Assembly (NCBI GenBank): GCA_963755025.1
Contig: CAVWIH010000014.1
Location: forward strand, 224,001 to 288,000
Source of the DNA: an uncultured Actinomycetes bacterium
GTDB taxonomy: Bacteria; Actinomycetota; Thermoleophilia; UBA2241
Length of the DNA: 64,000 nt
Direction: 5' to 3'
The notes under the pieces were generated by a model. That model had not been told where the DNA came from and did not search any database. It saw nothing but the letters and a program-made list of their open reading frames with translations. The position numbers were made by a program, and so were the translations under genes. This document shows, piece after piece, positions 9,133 to 18,652 of this stretch; the first letter of the stretch is position 1, and each line of letters opens with the position of its first letter.

Positions 9133-11025
9133 TCAGGTTCCCGCCAGCTCCTGCCAGGTGCCCGGAACCGGCTGGATCGTGGTCGACAGGATGCTGTTGA
9201 GCCCGATGTTGTTGATCACCGTCGGGTTGTAGCAGATGCTGGAGTTGTTCGACAGCGTGAGATCCGTTCCGCTGTCGCCACCGCCCGAGGGGCAACCTTC
9301 GAGGACGGCGCCTACTACATTGGGGTGCGTGCCGTCATTGCCGAGAGGCGTGCCCGACGGCGCGTTGGCGCTGTGCGAGTAGCCGTGACCGTCGGTCGTC
9401 GCGTATCCCGAGATGCAGCACTCGGCCTCGAACAGGATCATCAGACCGTAGTACGTGCCTTGGCTGTCCCAGCAGCAGGTGTTGTTGTAGAGACCGTCGT
9501 TGTCGCACTGCATGAAGTAGACCATCGGGCTTGCCATCGTGCCGAAGTTGACATAGCCGTTCGAGTGGGTCTGCTCCGTAGTGGCCAGGACCTTGCACAT
9601 GACGGTCGAGGCCTGCGAGGTCGACTCGTAGGGTCCTGAGAAGTTGACGGCGACGTCGCCGGTGCCGGCGTCGCCATCGATCCAGACGTCGCCGAGATTC
9701 AGGTAGGTCGGGCCGCTGCTGCCGTCGTAGTCGGTGTTGTCGGCGGTGTCGCCATCGACCATGAGGATCTTGGCGAACAGCGGGCCGGCCACGGTGGGGC
9801 TCGCCATGATCGTGCCGTTTGCGGTCGTGGTCGTGGGCGACGTCGTCGCGATCGTGACGAGAGGAGAGGTCTTGGTCGTGCCGCCCTTCCAGTTGATCGT
9901 GTGGGCACAGTAGAGCGGCCCGAACTGGTCGGTGATAGCCGTAGTGGCGCCGCTTACGATCAGGCAACCGGTAGGGCCGCCGGCGCTGTTGCCGCTCACG
10001 TAGGTCGATGTGGCGTTGAAGGTCACGTTACCCGATAGCGCGAGAGCGCCGTTCACGTACAGTTTCTGGAAGTTGTACGTGGTTCCGGCGGTGTTGAGCG
10101 TGAGCGTGGTGCTCGTGTTGTTGTACTCCAGGTCTGAGCTCGCCGTGTAGGTCTTCGTGGCGGAGTTGTAGGTCATGGCGGCAAGCAGCGCACTGGCGGT
10201 CGTGTAAGTGTGTCCCGACCCGGGGCTCAGGTCGAACAGCGACGAGATGTTGTTCTGGCAGGTCTGGGCTTCGGTCATCAGCGCGGCCTGGTGGGCCTGG
10301 TCGAAGTAGTCGCTGAGCATACCCACGCCGCCACTCGTTTTGGTGAAGGTGTGGCCGGTGGTGGTGACCGAACCATTCACCTGCAGGCCGACCGACTGTG
10401 TCTGGGTGCCATCTGCCGGCGCCGCGAGTGTCGCGCTGCTGTCGGAGGTGAAGTTCCCCCCACACTCGATCGTCGTGGCGTAGGGGGAGCCCGACGTGTC
10501 GGGGGTGCCGTCGCCGTTCACGTAGTAGATGTTGCTCGTACCGGTCAGCGTCATGTTGGTATCGGTCCAGGCCGCCGAGAAGGGGATCACCGACAACGAC
10601 TTCTTCGACTGCACAAGCTCGCGCACGGTCGTCGTGCGGCCCTGGTAAGTGGTGGTGGTCTGCACCCACACCTCACCGTCGCCGTTGGAGTCCCAGTTGA
10701 CGCCGTAGTTGACGGGCGTCAGGTTGTCGTAGACCTGGTAGGTCACGGTCGGCGCGCCGGAGATCGTGCTGTAGTCGGCGCTCATCTCGGTCGCGTTCGT
10801 GAACGGCGTCGTCAGCCAGCTGTTGTCGTTCTCGACGCCCACGACGGCGCTGTTGAGCGCTGCCTCGGCGTACGACTCCGAAGTCTTGCTGGACCGCTCC
10901 CTGGCCGTGTTCCACTGCTGGTTTGTCAGCAGCATCACCAGGGCCGCGGCAAGGATCGCCAGGGCGGCCGTGATGCCGATGAGCAAGATCAGCCCGAATC
11001 CTTCCTCTCTTTTGCGACCCGGCAT
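9133..11025 (-). CDS. Large PilX/GspK-like minor pilin with a Thr/Ser/Gly-rich, Cys-containing C-terminal domain
   Basis: MPGRKREEG|FGLILLIG class III signal lacking Glu5, then AEAALNSA; ends ...PGTWQEL; about 630 aa. Confidence 0.8.
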   Translation of the reverse strand: MPGRKREEGFGLILLIGITAALAILAAALVMLLTNQQWNTARERSSKTSESYAEAALNSAVVGVENDNSWLTTPFTNATEMSADYSTISGAPTVTYQVYDNLTPVNYGVNWDSNGDGEVWVQTTTTYQGRTTTVRELVQSKKSLSVIPFSAAWTDTNMTLTGTSNIYYVNGDGTPDTSGSPYATTIECGGNFTSDSSATLAAPADGTQTQSVGLQVNGSVTTTGHTFTKTSGGVGMLSDYFDQAHQAALMTEAQTCQNNISSLFDLSPGSGHTYTTASALLAAMTYNSATKTYTASSDLEYNNTSTTLTLNTAGTTYNFQKLYVNGALALSGNVTFNATSTYVSGNSAGGPTGCLIVSGATTAITDQFGPLYCAHTINWKGGTTKTSPLVTIATTSPTTTTANGTIMASPTVAGPLFAKILMVDGDTADNTDYDGSSGPTYLNLGDVWIDGDAGTGDVAVNFSGPYESTSQASTVMCKVLATTEQTHSNGYVNFGTMASPMVYFMQCDNDGLYNNTCCWDSQGTYYGLMILFEAECCISGYATTDGHGYSHSANAPSGTPLGNDGTHPNVVGAVLEGCPSGGGDSGTDLTLSNNSSICYNPTVINNIGLNSILSTTIQPVPGTWQELAGT

Positions 11026-11035
11026 CGCTGCTCCC

Positions 11036-11755
11036 TCAGTTCGCGCTCGCGTTACGCGGACGTATCGTCGAAACGAGATCGACGTACGTCGGCTTGCTGA
11101 GCAGGTTTGTGTCAAGAACGACTTCGATGTTCACCGCGACACACTTGGACGCGGTGGCGCTGGTGATGCTACTGGCCGTACTGTACGTGCCGTTTGTGTC
11201 AAAGACGTAGCTGAAGATCGGCCGGTTGACAGCCGTCGCGCTGTTCACGACGTTCGTGGCCAGCGTCATGACCTGATCGCCGGTATCGAACACGCCATCG
11301 TGGTTTGTGTCGTGGATCATCATCAGCTTCTTCTGAGACTGCGCTCCGGAGGTGTCGAGGTAGATCGAGGTCAGCACCGATTGGGCTTGGCCGCCAGCGC
11401 CACTCTGTGCGGCAGCGCTTGGGTTGTTGTACGGCGTATAGAACGTGCAGTCGTAACTGTCGTTCACGTAAGGGCTGGAGAGGGTGGAGCAAAAGGGGCT
11501 CGCCGTGCTGGATGCGCAGGGCTGAGCGTCGCGAAGTTCGCTCGAGACGCGGTCGAGCGCGTCTCGGCCCGCGGCCGCGGCCTGGTTCTTCTGCTCGGAG
11601 AAGTCGGCAGAGCGCTGCAGGGAGATCCAGGTGCCCACCAGCATGGTGCTCACGATCCCCATGATGAACATCGCGACGACGAGCTCGACGAGCGTGAAGC
11701 CGGCCTGGCGCCGACCGTGCCGGCCGGGCGCACTCGACCTGCCGCGCCCGCTCAC
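11036..11755 (-). CDS. Type IV minor pilin (PilW-like)
   Basis: RRQAG|FTLVELVVAMFIMGIV prepilin motif; GTGA overlap with the upstream stop. Confidence 0.88.
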   Translation of the reverse strand: MSGRGRSSAPGRHGRRQAGFTLVELVVAMFIMGIVSTMLVGTWISLQRSADFSEQKNQAAAAGRDALDRVSSELRDAQPCASSTASPFCSTLSSPYVNDSYDCTFYTPYNNPSAAAQSGAGGQAQSVLTSIYLDTSGAQSQKKLMMIHDTNHDGVFDTGDQVMTLATNVVNSATAVNRPIFSYVFDTNGTYSTASSITSATASKCVAVNIEVVLDTNLLSKPTYVDLVSTIRPRNASAN

Positions 11756-12530
11756 GATCCACCGGGGTTCGTGTCGAACTTGACCCAGCCGTTGCTCAGC
11801 ATATGGAAGTTGGGGGTGTAGAGCGCCCCGGACCAGTCGACGCTGTTGCAATAGACGGTGTACATGTAGTTCATGCCGCCGGGCAGATTGGTCCAGGTGC
11901 AGGTCGTGGCGGAAGCGCTGGGCACCTGCTTGAGCGGCGTGGCGGTCGTCGCGACATTAGGCGTCGGGCTGGTGTTCACGTAGACGACGTAGACGCCTGC
12001 CGAGCTCACCTCGGTGTAGTTCTTGAACGCGACCGTCAGCGAATAGGGCCCGTTTCCACCCGTGGGGCCGGACGTCGAGGACGTCACGATTGGATTGGGG
12101 TTCTGGATCGTGGTCTTGACACTGGTGGTGAAGCCATCGTTGGGCCTGGTGACCGACACCGTGACGTTCTTGTACGGAGCGTTCGCACTATCATCTGAAA
12201 CAGTCGTGCTGATGTTGTACGGCTGGCCCCCGGCGGGAGGCGTGTAGGTGGTGCTGATCAGGGAGGGGTTCCAGGAGCTCGAGTTTAGGTTGGCGTTTGT
12301 GATGTTGGCGTAGCTCGAGGGGCTCGCGGCCAGCACGCGTATCTTCTCCAACTGAGCCTGAGCGATGTTGGTGGCGATGACGCGACGGGAGTTGGTCGAC
12401 GTGCCCTTGAGCACGCCGACGAACATGGGCGTCATGGCCAGGAAGATGATCCCGGCAAGGAGCACGGTCACCAGCAACTCGACCAGGCTGAAACCGTCGT
12501 TTAAGCACCGAGATGTCTTAGGGCGTGCAT
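11752..12530 (-). CDS. Type IV minor pilin (PilV-like); frameshift near 12501
   Basis: NDG|FSLVELLVTVLLAGII prepilin motif; ATG 12530 (MHALRHLGA) is out of frame with it. Confidence 0.8.
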
Positions 12531-12707
12531 GGCTTGATCAACCCCCCATCCTGACGGGCTTGCAGGGCCCACAGCTGTCGCGACAGTCGTCATGGCGCAG
12601 TCGTTCGTCAACCAGTCGGCACGTTGCGCGCGACACTTTAGCGTCGTTCCCGAGAAGGTCTGGTGGGTGAGTCGAGTGCCTGGCGGACAACGTGGCTGAC
12701 TCCTGTG

Positions 12708-12821
12708 GCGCCTCGTCACGGCGAGTCGCTGTCGGCGATTCCCTTCCGGGCTTCTGTGCAGTGAATGCGCCGGGCAGGGAGTCTGTGACAGGTTTCTCTT
12801 GCCGGGGCCGTGACGAAGCGC
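12708..12821 (-). ncRNA. Candidate structured leader RNA upstream of the minor-pilin operon
   Basis: 15-bp closing stem GCGCTTCGTCACGGC / GCCGTGACGAGGCGC enclosing several sub-hairpins; no family recognised. Confidence 0.35.
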
Positions 12822-12977
12822 AGATTTGTGTAGCCGCACCTGGCGACGGAGCACGGGGCGCAAGCGGACGCAGGCTCCGCGCACGAGTGCGGGCCGTGCG
12901 GTCAGCGTAGTCTCACCGTCTCTGCCGGTCCGATCCGGCTGGCGGCGCCAAGGGCGCCGCAACCGGGCGCGCCTGTT

Positions 12978-15308
12978 TCAGGCCCACCGTTTGACGGCGG
13001 CGTCGGAGAGGCGGTCGGCGGCCTCGTTCAAGCGCAGGCCGACCACGTCGAGGCGGCGCAGCAGCTCGCGGCACTTGACGACCTCCATGGTGAGCTTGCC
13101 GCGGAACAGGCGGCCGAGCTCGATGTCGTAGAGGCGGCGGATCTCGCCGGCCGACTCCTTCGATGCCAACGCGGTCTTCACGTCTTTGGGGTCGTTGGCG
13201 ATGGCCTGCACCGCGAGCTGCAGATCGGCGATGCCGCCGGCCGTGGCGTCGAGCAGGCCCAGATACGACGTGGCCGCCTTGATCTCGTAGAGGTCCCACT
13301 CGCGAATGAAGTCGCGCAGGTTGTCGAGCACGTCGTCGATCGAGCGCGACAGGCGAAAGAGGTCTTCGCGGTCGATGGGCGCCACCAGCACGCCCGACAG
13401 GCGCGCCACGAGCTCGCCGCGCATGGTGTCGCCGCGCCGTTCCACGGCCGCCATGCGCTCGTGGGCCGTGACGCCGTCGATCGTGCCGCCGGCCACCGCG
13501 CGCGCCACGCCGCAGGCGTTGGTGGCCTCGGTGAGCTGCGCTTCGAGCGCCGACACGACCGCCAGGCGGCTGTGCAGGCAGTCCTGCACGGCCTCGTTGA
13601 CGGTCAGGAAGAAGTGGTCTTCGCCGAGCAGCTCGGTAAGGCCGCTGCGCCGGAAGACGTCGAGCACGAGCGAGCCGACGCGGGCGAAGACCAGGTCGCG
13701 GCCGCTGTCGCGCAAGTTATGGGCCAGGCGCACCAGCGTCTCGGCCGCGGTCACGTCGAGGTCGGTGGTCGACTCCATGTTCCACACCACGACGCGCGGC
13801 TTGGGCCGCGTGTCGCTCAGCAGCTGGTTGAGGCGGTCGACGGCGAAGCCCGCGTTGGCGAAGAAGAGCTGGCCGTCGAGGCGAAAGATGAGCAGGCCGG
13901 GAAAGGTCTCGTTCTCGGGGTGGCGGGCGGTGTCGCTGTAGGTCGTAGCGTCGGGCACGCGGCCCAGCTCGGCGGCGTGCGGGCGGCTCGTGCGGTAGAT
14001 CAGCACGGCCAGCGAGAGCCCCACGGCGATGCCCAGGCCGGGCAGCACACCCAGGGCCAGCACACCCACGAGGGCGGCCAGCGCGGGCACGGCGTCGACG
14101 GCGCGCACGCCGGCAAAGCGCCACAGGGCCTTCACGTCGATCAGGCCCCAGACGGCGCGCACCACGACGGCGCCGAGGATGGCTTCGGGCAGGTCGTGTC
14201 CGACCCGGGTGACCGTGAACACCGCGGCGACCATGACGGCGGCGCCGATCAGGCCGGCGAGCTGGGTGCGGGCGCCGGCGGTGTCGTTCAACGCCGACCC
14301 CGACAGGCCGCCGCTCACCACGATGCCGCCGAAGGCTCCCGAGCCGATGTTCGCCAGGCCCAGGGCGACCAGCTCCTGGTTGGAGTCGATCTCGTAGCTG
14401 TGCCGCACGGCGAACGTGCGGGCGCCGGACAGGGCCTCGGCGTAGACCACGATGGCGATGCCGGCGGCGCTGGGCAGCAGGCCGAGGGCGTCGGACAGGT
14501 GGACGTCGGGCAGATGGGGCAGCGGCAGACCGCTCGGGATGGTGCCCACCATGGCGACCCCGTGGGCGCTCAGGTGAAAGACCGCCGCGGCGACGATGCC
14601 GAGCACAAGGACGGCGAGCGCCGCCGGCACCCTGGGCCAGCGCCGCAAGACGAACAGCAGCGTCAAGGCCACGGCGCTCACCAGCGCCGTCACCAGGCTC
14701 GCGCCGCTCAGGTGGGTGAGGTCTGCCCAGACCGGCCTGAAGAAGTTGGCGTAGCTCGGCACGTGCAGCCCCAGGAGCTTGGGCACCTGGCGGGCGATGA
14801 TGGTGAGCGCGAGGCCGGTGACGTAGCCCGTGACCACCGGGCGCGACAGGAACGCCGAGATGAACCCCAGCCGCGCGATGCCGGCGAGGAGGCTGAACGA
14901 GCCGACGAGCACGGCCACCATGGCCACCAGGGCGGTCGCCTGGGCGGGGCTGGTGGCGCCGTGGGCGGCCACCACCGCCGCGGTCATGATGGCGGCGGTC
15001 GAGGTAGGCGAACAGGCGAGCTGGCGCGAGGTGCCGAAGACCGCGTAGATGACGAGGGCGGCCAGGGTCGCGTACAGGCCGGCCTGGGGCGGCACGCCGG
15101 CGATCTGCGCGTAGGCCATGCACTCGGGCAGCAGCAGGCCGATCACGGTGAGGGCGGCGACGGCATCGTAGCGCAGCCAGCGCCGCTGATACCCGGCGGT
15201 CCACTGTGTGATCGGCAGCAGGCGGTGCAGCCGCGCGTACCGCACCGCGTGGGGCGGCCCGCCCTGCTGAGACTCCTGCGGCCGTGTAGCCGAGCTAGAA
15301 GCGCTCAC
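12978..15308 (-). CDS. SulP/SLC26 anion transporter with STAS domain fused to a C-terminal DUF47 (PhoU-like) domain
   Basis: PECMAYAQIAGVPPQAGLY, DSNQELVALG, FRLDGQLFFANA (STAS), then ERRGD...PIDREDLFRLSRSIDDVLD (DUF47); single open frame. Confidence 0.85.
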   Translation of the reverse strand: MSASSSATRPQESQQGGPPHAVRYARLHRLLPITQWTAGYQRRWLRYDAVAALTVIGLLLPECMAYAQIAGVPPQAGLYATLAALVIYAVFGTSRQLACSPTSTAAIMTAAVVAAHGATSPAQATALVAMVAVLVGSFSLLAGIARLGFISAFLSRPVVTGYVTGLALTIIARQVPKLLGLHVPSYANFFRPVWADLTHLSGASLVTALVSAVALTLLFVLRRWPRVPAALAVLVLGIVAAAVFHLSAHGVAMVGTIPSGLPLPHLPDVHLSDALGLLPSAAGIAIVVYAEALSGARTFAVRHSYEIDSNQELVALGLANIGSGAFGGIVVSGGLSGSALNDTAGARTQLAGLIGAAVMVAAVFTVTRVGHDLPEAILGAVVVRAVWGLIDVKALWRFAGVRAVDAVPALAALVGVLALGVLPGLGIAVGLSLAVLIYRTSRPHAAELGRVPDATTYSDTARHPENETFPGLLIFRLDGQLFFANAGFAVDRLNQLLSDTRPKPRVVVWNMESTTDLDVTAAETLVRLAHNLRDSGRDLVFARVGSLVLDVFRRSGLTELLGEDHFFLTVNEAVQDCLHSRLAVVSALEAQLTEATNACGVARAVAGGTIDGVTAHERMAAVERRGDTMRGELVARLSGVLVAPIDREDLFRLSRSIDDVLDNLRDFIREWDLYEIKAATSYLGLLDATAGGIADLQLAVQAIANDPKDVKTALASKESAGEIRRLYDIELGRLFRGKLTMEVVKCRELLRRLDVVGLRLNEAADRLSDAAVKRWA

Positions 15309-15542
15309 TCGCCCTGATCTTCCGTTCGCTGCCGTCCTGCTTATGATAGAGCGGGAGCGCCGCGAGGCGTAGCCCCCCAAGACAGAAGAACGAACGATCG
15401 CGCGCTTACAGCGACCCTGTAGCGAGACCCGCGACGATGGTCTTGAGCGCGCGGAGCCTGCGCGCCGACGGGGCGAGGGGGCGCCCCGCCCCTCGCCGCC
15501 CCGCCCCTCGCCGCGTCACCCGACGTCAGCCAAGCCGGCGGC

Positions 15543-15938
15543 TTACATCTGCGGCGGCTTGTGCACGCCTATGCGGTTGCCCTCCGAGTCGATGAACGCG
15601 CCGATCGTGCCCACCATCTGTCCCATATCGGTGGCGGGCATGTCGATGCGGCCGCCTGCGTCGGCGGCGCGCTGCAGCATGCCTTCGGGGTCGTCGTGGC
15701 TGTTCAGGTAGATCGTGGGGCCTTCTGCGCTGGGCTTGCGGTCTGTGACGACCATCAGGTCGAAGGCGACCGGGAACTGTGGCTGACCGTCCTGCGAGTC
15801 GGCCTCCGGCGCCGGCAGGCCGATACCGTCCATGCCCTCGACGGTGACGAACGGATGCTGCAGCACGGCGCCGTAGAACTTCATGGCGCGATCCAGATCG
15901 CTGACCGGGATGTCGGCCCAAACCACCATGTTCTCCAC
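15543..15938 (-). CDS. VOC/glyoxalase family protein
   Basis: GGAGG RBS and GTG start; WADIPVSDLDRAMKFY...FIDSEGNRIGVH. Confidence 0.88.
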   Translation of the reverse strand: MENMVVWADIPVSDLDRAMKFYGAVLQHPFVTVEGMDGIGLPAPEADSQDGQPQFPVAFDLMVVTDRKPSAEGPTIYLNSHDDPEGMLQRAADAGGRIDMPATDMGQMVGTIGAFIDSEGNRIGVHKPPQM

Positions 15939-16093
15939 CGGTGTCCCTCCTGCCTCGAGGTGCGGAAAAAGAGGGAGGCAGCCCGACGAGAGCGGTCCGC
16001 TGTCGAACGTCCTTCCCTGCGAGACTGCCGCCACAGGCAGCTTGCCCCTTCGGGCGGCGTCTCTATGCCGCTGGCGATGCCGCCGACCCGTCG

Positions 16094-16161
16094 GGGCGCC
16101 GCGAGCGCTCCGGGCGCCGCGAGCGCGCCGGGCGTCGCGAGCGCTCCGGGCGCCGCCAGCG
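16094..16161. repeat. Intergenic 18-bp tandem repeat (about 3.8 copies)
   Basis: GGGCGCCGCGAGCGCTCC unit with small variants. Confidence 0.8.
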
Positions 16162-16201
16162 TGCCGCGAAGCGGCCGCCGCGCTGCGTTGCGGCCGCCCC
16201 C

Positions 16202-17883
16202 CTACACGCGCGGCAGGATCGTCGTCGTCTTGGAGTCGATACCCGTCGCGCCCGAGGGGAACTCGGGGTTCTCGGCGGCGTCCTGCACGATCCCCTGGCC
16301 GTCGTAGGCGCGCACCGCGAAGACGTGCACGCCCTCGCTGAACGGCCACTCGTAGCGCCAGATCACCCAGGTCAGGCCCGACAGCGGCGCACGCAGCTCC
16401 GCCGCCTGCCACGGGCCCTGGTCGACCCTCACCTCGACCTTCGAGATGCCGCGGTCGCCGGCGTGGGCGATGCCGCCCACCGGCACGAAGACGGCGCCGC
16501 CACGCTGCACGAGGTCCTCGGTCGCCACCGTGTCGACGACCGAGGTGGTGCGCATGCGGGCCACCGCGTCCCAGCCGCGCCGCACCCAGTACCCCTGTGT
16601 GGCGTCGGCCGCGAGCACGATGTCGGTGATCCACTTGGGCTGCTTCATGCCGTAGCGACCGGGCCGGTAGATGCGCAGCGGAAAGCCGTGCTCGGCCGGC
16701 AGCGGCTGGCCGTTCCAGGAATGAGCCAACACGATGCGCGGGTCGGCGCGCACGTCGGCGAGCTCGACCACCTCGTCGAAGCCGTCCTTGGCCAGCAGGT
16801 GGACGTAGGCGGCCGCCGGTCGCGGGGCCGCGTCGGCGAGCACGTCGCGCAGCGGCGGGCCGCTCCACAGGGTGGTGCCGATCAGCGGTCCGCCCACCGG
16901 GTTGGAGATGCACGACAGGGTGATGAACTGGTCGCTCGCGCGATAGGCGGTCTTCAGCTGCGCGAGCGTCAGGCTCAGGGGCTGCGCCACCAGGCCGGCG
17001 ATGCGCAGCCGGTACGACGCACCGTTGATCGACGGCGGCGAGAAGTCGATGTCGACGCGGTAGTGGTCGGCGACGGCGGTGTACTCGGGCCGCGTGCCGG
17101 GGACCGGTTTCACGGGCGAATCAGCGTTGGGGAACGGGATCGGCGCCTTCACGATCGCCGGCACCGCCGGGCCGCCCTCGACGCTCAGCAACTCGGCGAC
17201 CTCGGCGCCGACGAAGACCACGGTGGCGACCAGGCCGCCGACCCTGACGAGAAAGCGGCGGCGGTCGAGCCGCGTCACGTCGTCGGCCGTGGGCGCCGGA
17301 GGAGCCTCCACGGCGGCGGGCGCCTCGACGGCGGCGGGCGCCTCCACAGCGGCGGGAGCCTCGACAGCGGCGGGAGCCGTGCGCAGGCAGGCGACGGCCA
17401 GGCCCCAGCCCCACAGCTGAAAGAGCCCCAGGATCCAGAGGGCGTGACAAAATCGGCGGCCGCGCCGGCCGGAGGCTGTTCGATGAAGGTGACGACGAGC
17501 GAGAAGAGGCCGATCACGGCGCCCACCGCGCGGCCGTAGCGCGACACGCGCAGCGGCTCGCGCGAGCGCACCACGCTGAAGAAGAGCAGGCCGACGAGGC
17601 AGCCGGCCACGAACAGGCCGCTGAGCGCCAGCGCCTCCTCGGCCGTCTTGGCCGTGTTCTTGATGTTCAAGCCGAGGTCGGTGAGGACCCGCAGCGTGGT
17701 CTCCAGACCGAAGATCACCAGGCGGCCCGGGAGCACCCGGATCAGCCACTCGAAGACGGTCAGACCGACCGACGGCAGGCTCAGCCGGCCGCCCAGCGCA
17801 AAGGCGCCCAGCAGCACCGCCGTGAGCAGCGCTCCCGCCGCGAGTCCGGTGAGCGCCCGGCCGATCCTGTGTGTGCGTTCCAC
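16202..17883 (-). CDS. Membrane-anchored sulfite-oxidase-family molybdopterin oxidoreductase (frameshift near 17445)
   Basis: N-terminal TM helices, (APAAVE)n linker, RRRFL segment, ITLSCISNPVGG, EHGFPLRIYRPGRYGMKQPKW, GYWVRRGW, dimerisation domain. Confidence 0.88.
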
Positions 17884-17895
17884 CTGCGCCCCCCG

Positions 17896-18013
17896 CCCTC
17901 GTCCGGACGCTCGCGGTCGTGCCGCGCCAGTCCCGATGCCCTGGGTCGTGTCGCGCCCCTCGTCCGGACGCAGGAGTCGTGCCCCATCGTGCCGACGCAG
18001 GGGTTGTGCCCCC
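17896..18013. repeat. Four imperfect 27-31-bp tandem units upstream of the molybdoenzyme gene
   Basis: GT(C/T)GTG cores at 17916, 17945, 17976 and 18003, each preceded by C(C/G)GA(C/T)GC. Confidence 0.55.
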
Positions 18014-18110
18014 GCGTCGCGCCCCGCTAGCCGCGTTTTTGCGGCCAACGCGGGCGACGGCGCCGGGCCGGGGAATACCGCCGACGTCGCCCTAACCCGA
18101 GGAGGACTCG

Positions 18111-18491
18111 ATGCTCACCCACAGTCACGCGTTCAGCGGCTTCTCGTCGAACGACATCGCCAAGGCTCAGGAGTTCTACGCGACCACCCTGGGGATCGAG
18201 GTGACCGAGGCCAACGGCTTGCTCACCCTGCAGTTCGCGGGCGGCGCGCGGACCATCATCTACCCCAAGGCCGACCACGAGCCGGCGACGTTCACGGTGC
18301 TGAACTTCCCGGTCGACGACATCGACGCCGCCGTCGCCGAGCTCACCAGGGCCGGCGTGCGCTTCGAGCGCTACGAGGGCATGCCCCAGGAAGAGAGCGG
18401 CATCATGCGCCACTCAGCCACGCAGCCCGGCCCTTCGATCGCCTGGTTCAAAGACCCCGCCGGTAACATCCTGTCCGTGCTCGAGGACTAG
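18111..18491 (+). CDS. VOC/glyoxalase family protein
   Basis: GAGGAGG RBS; [17 protein letters not shown]...[13 protein letters not shown]. Confidence 0.9.
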   Translation: MLTHSHAFSGFSSNDIAKAQEFYATTLGIEVTEANGLLTLQFAGGARTIIYPKADHEPATFTVLNFPVDDIDAAVAELTRAGVRFERYEGMPQEESGIMRHSATQPGPSIAWFKDPAGNILSVLED

Positions 18492-18652
18492 GCCGGCGCC
18501 CGCCGCCCGGGCGACGGCACCGCGGCGGAACGCGGCGGCGCGTTGCGGCGCTGCGTCGTCAGCCGCACCCCCGGGCGACGACGCCCGACGCCTGAGGTAG
18601 GCTGAGCGCCCAGCCAGAAGGCGCCGCGGCGGTGCCTCGAAGGGAGTCGCGC

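Noticed and set aside
12540-12900. Known c-di-GMP, c-di-AMP, guanidine or raiA RNA in the pilin leader
   Set aside because: Only short fragments resemble these consensus sequences; the core motifs are not present in order
16094-18013. Repeat arrays as CRISPR
   Set aside because: Tandem or degenerate units without unique spacers, and no cas genes
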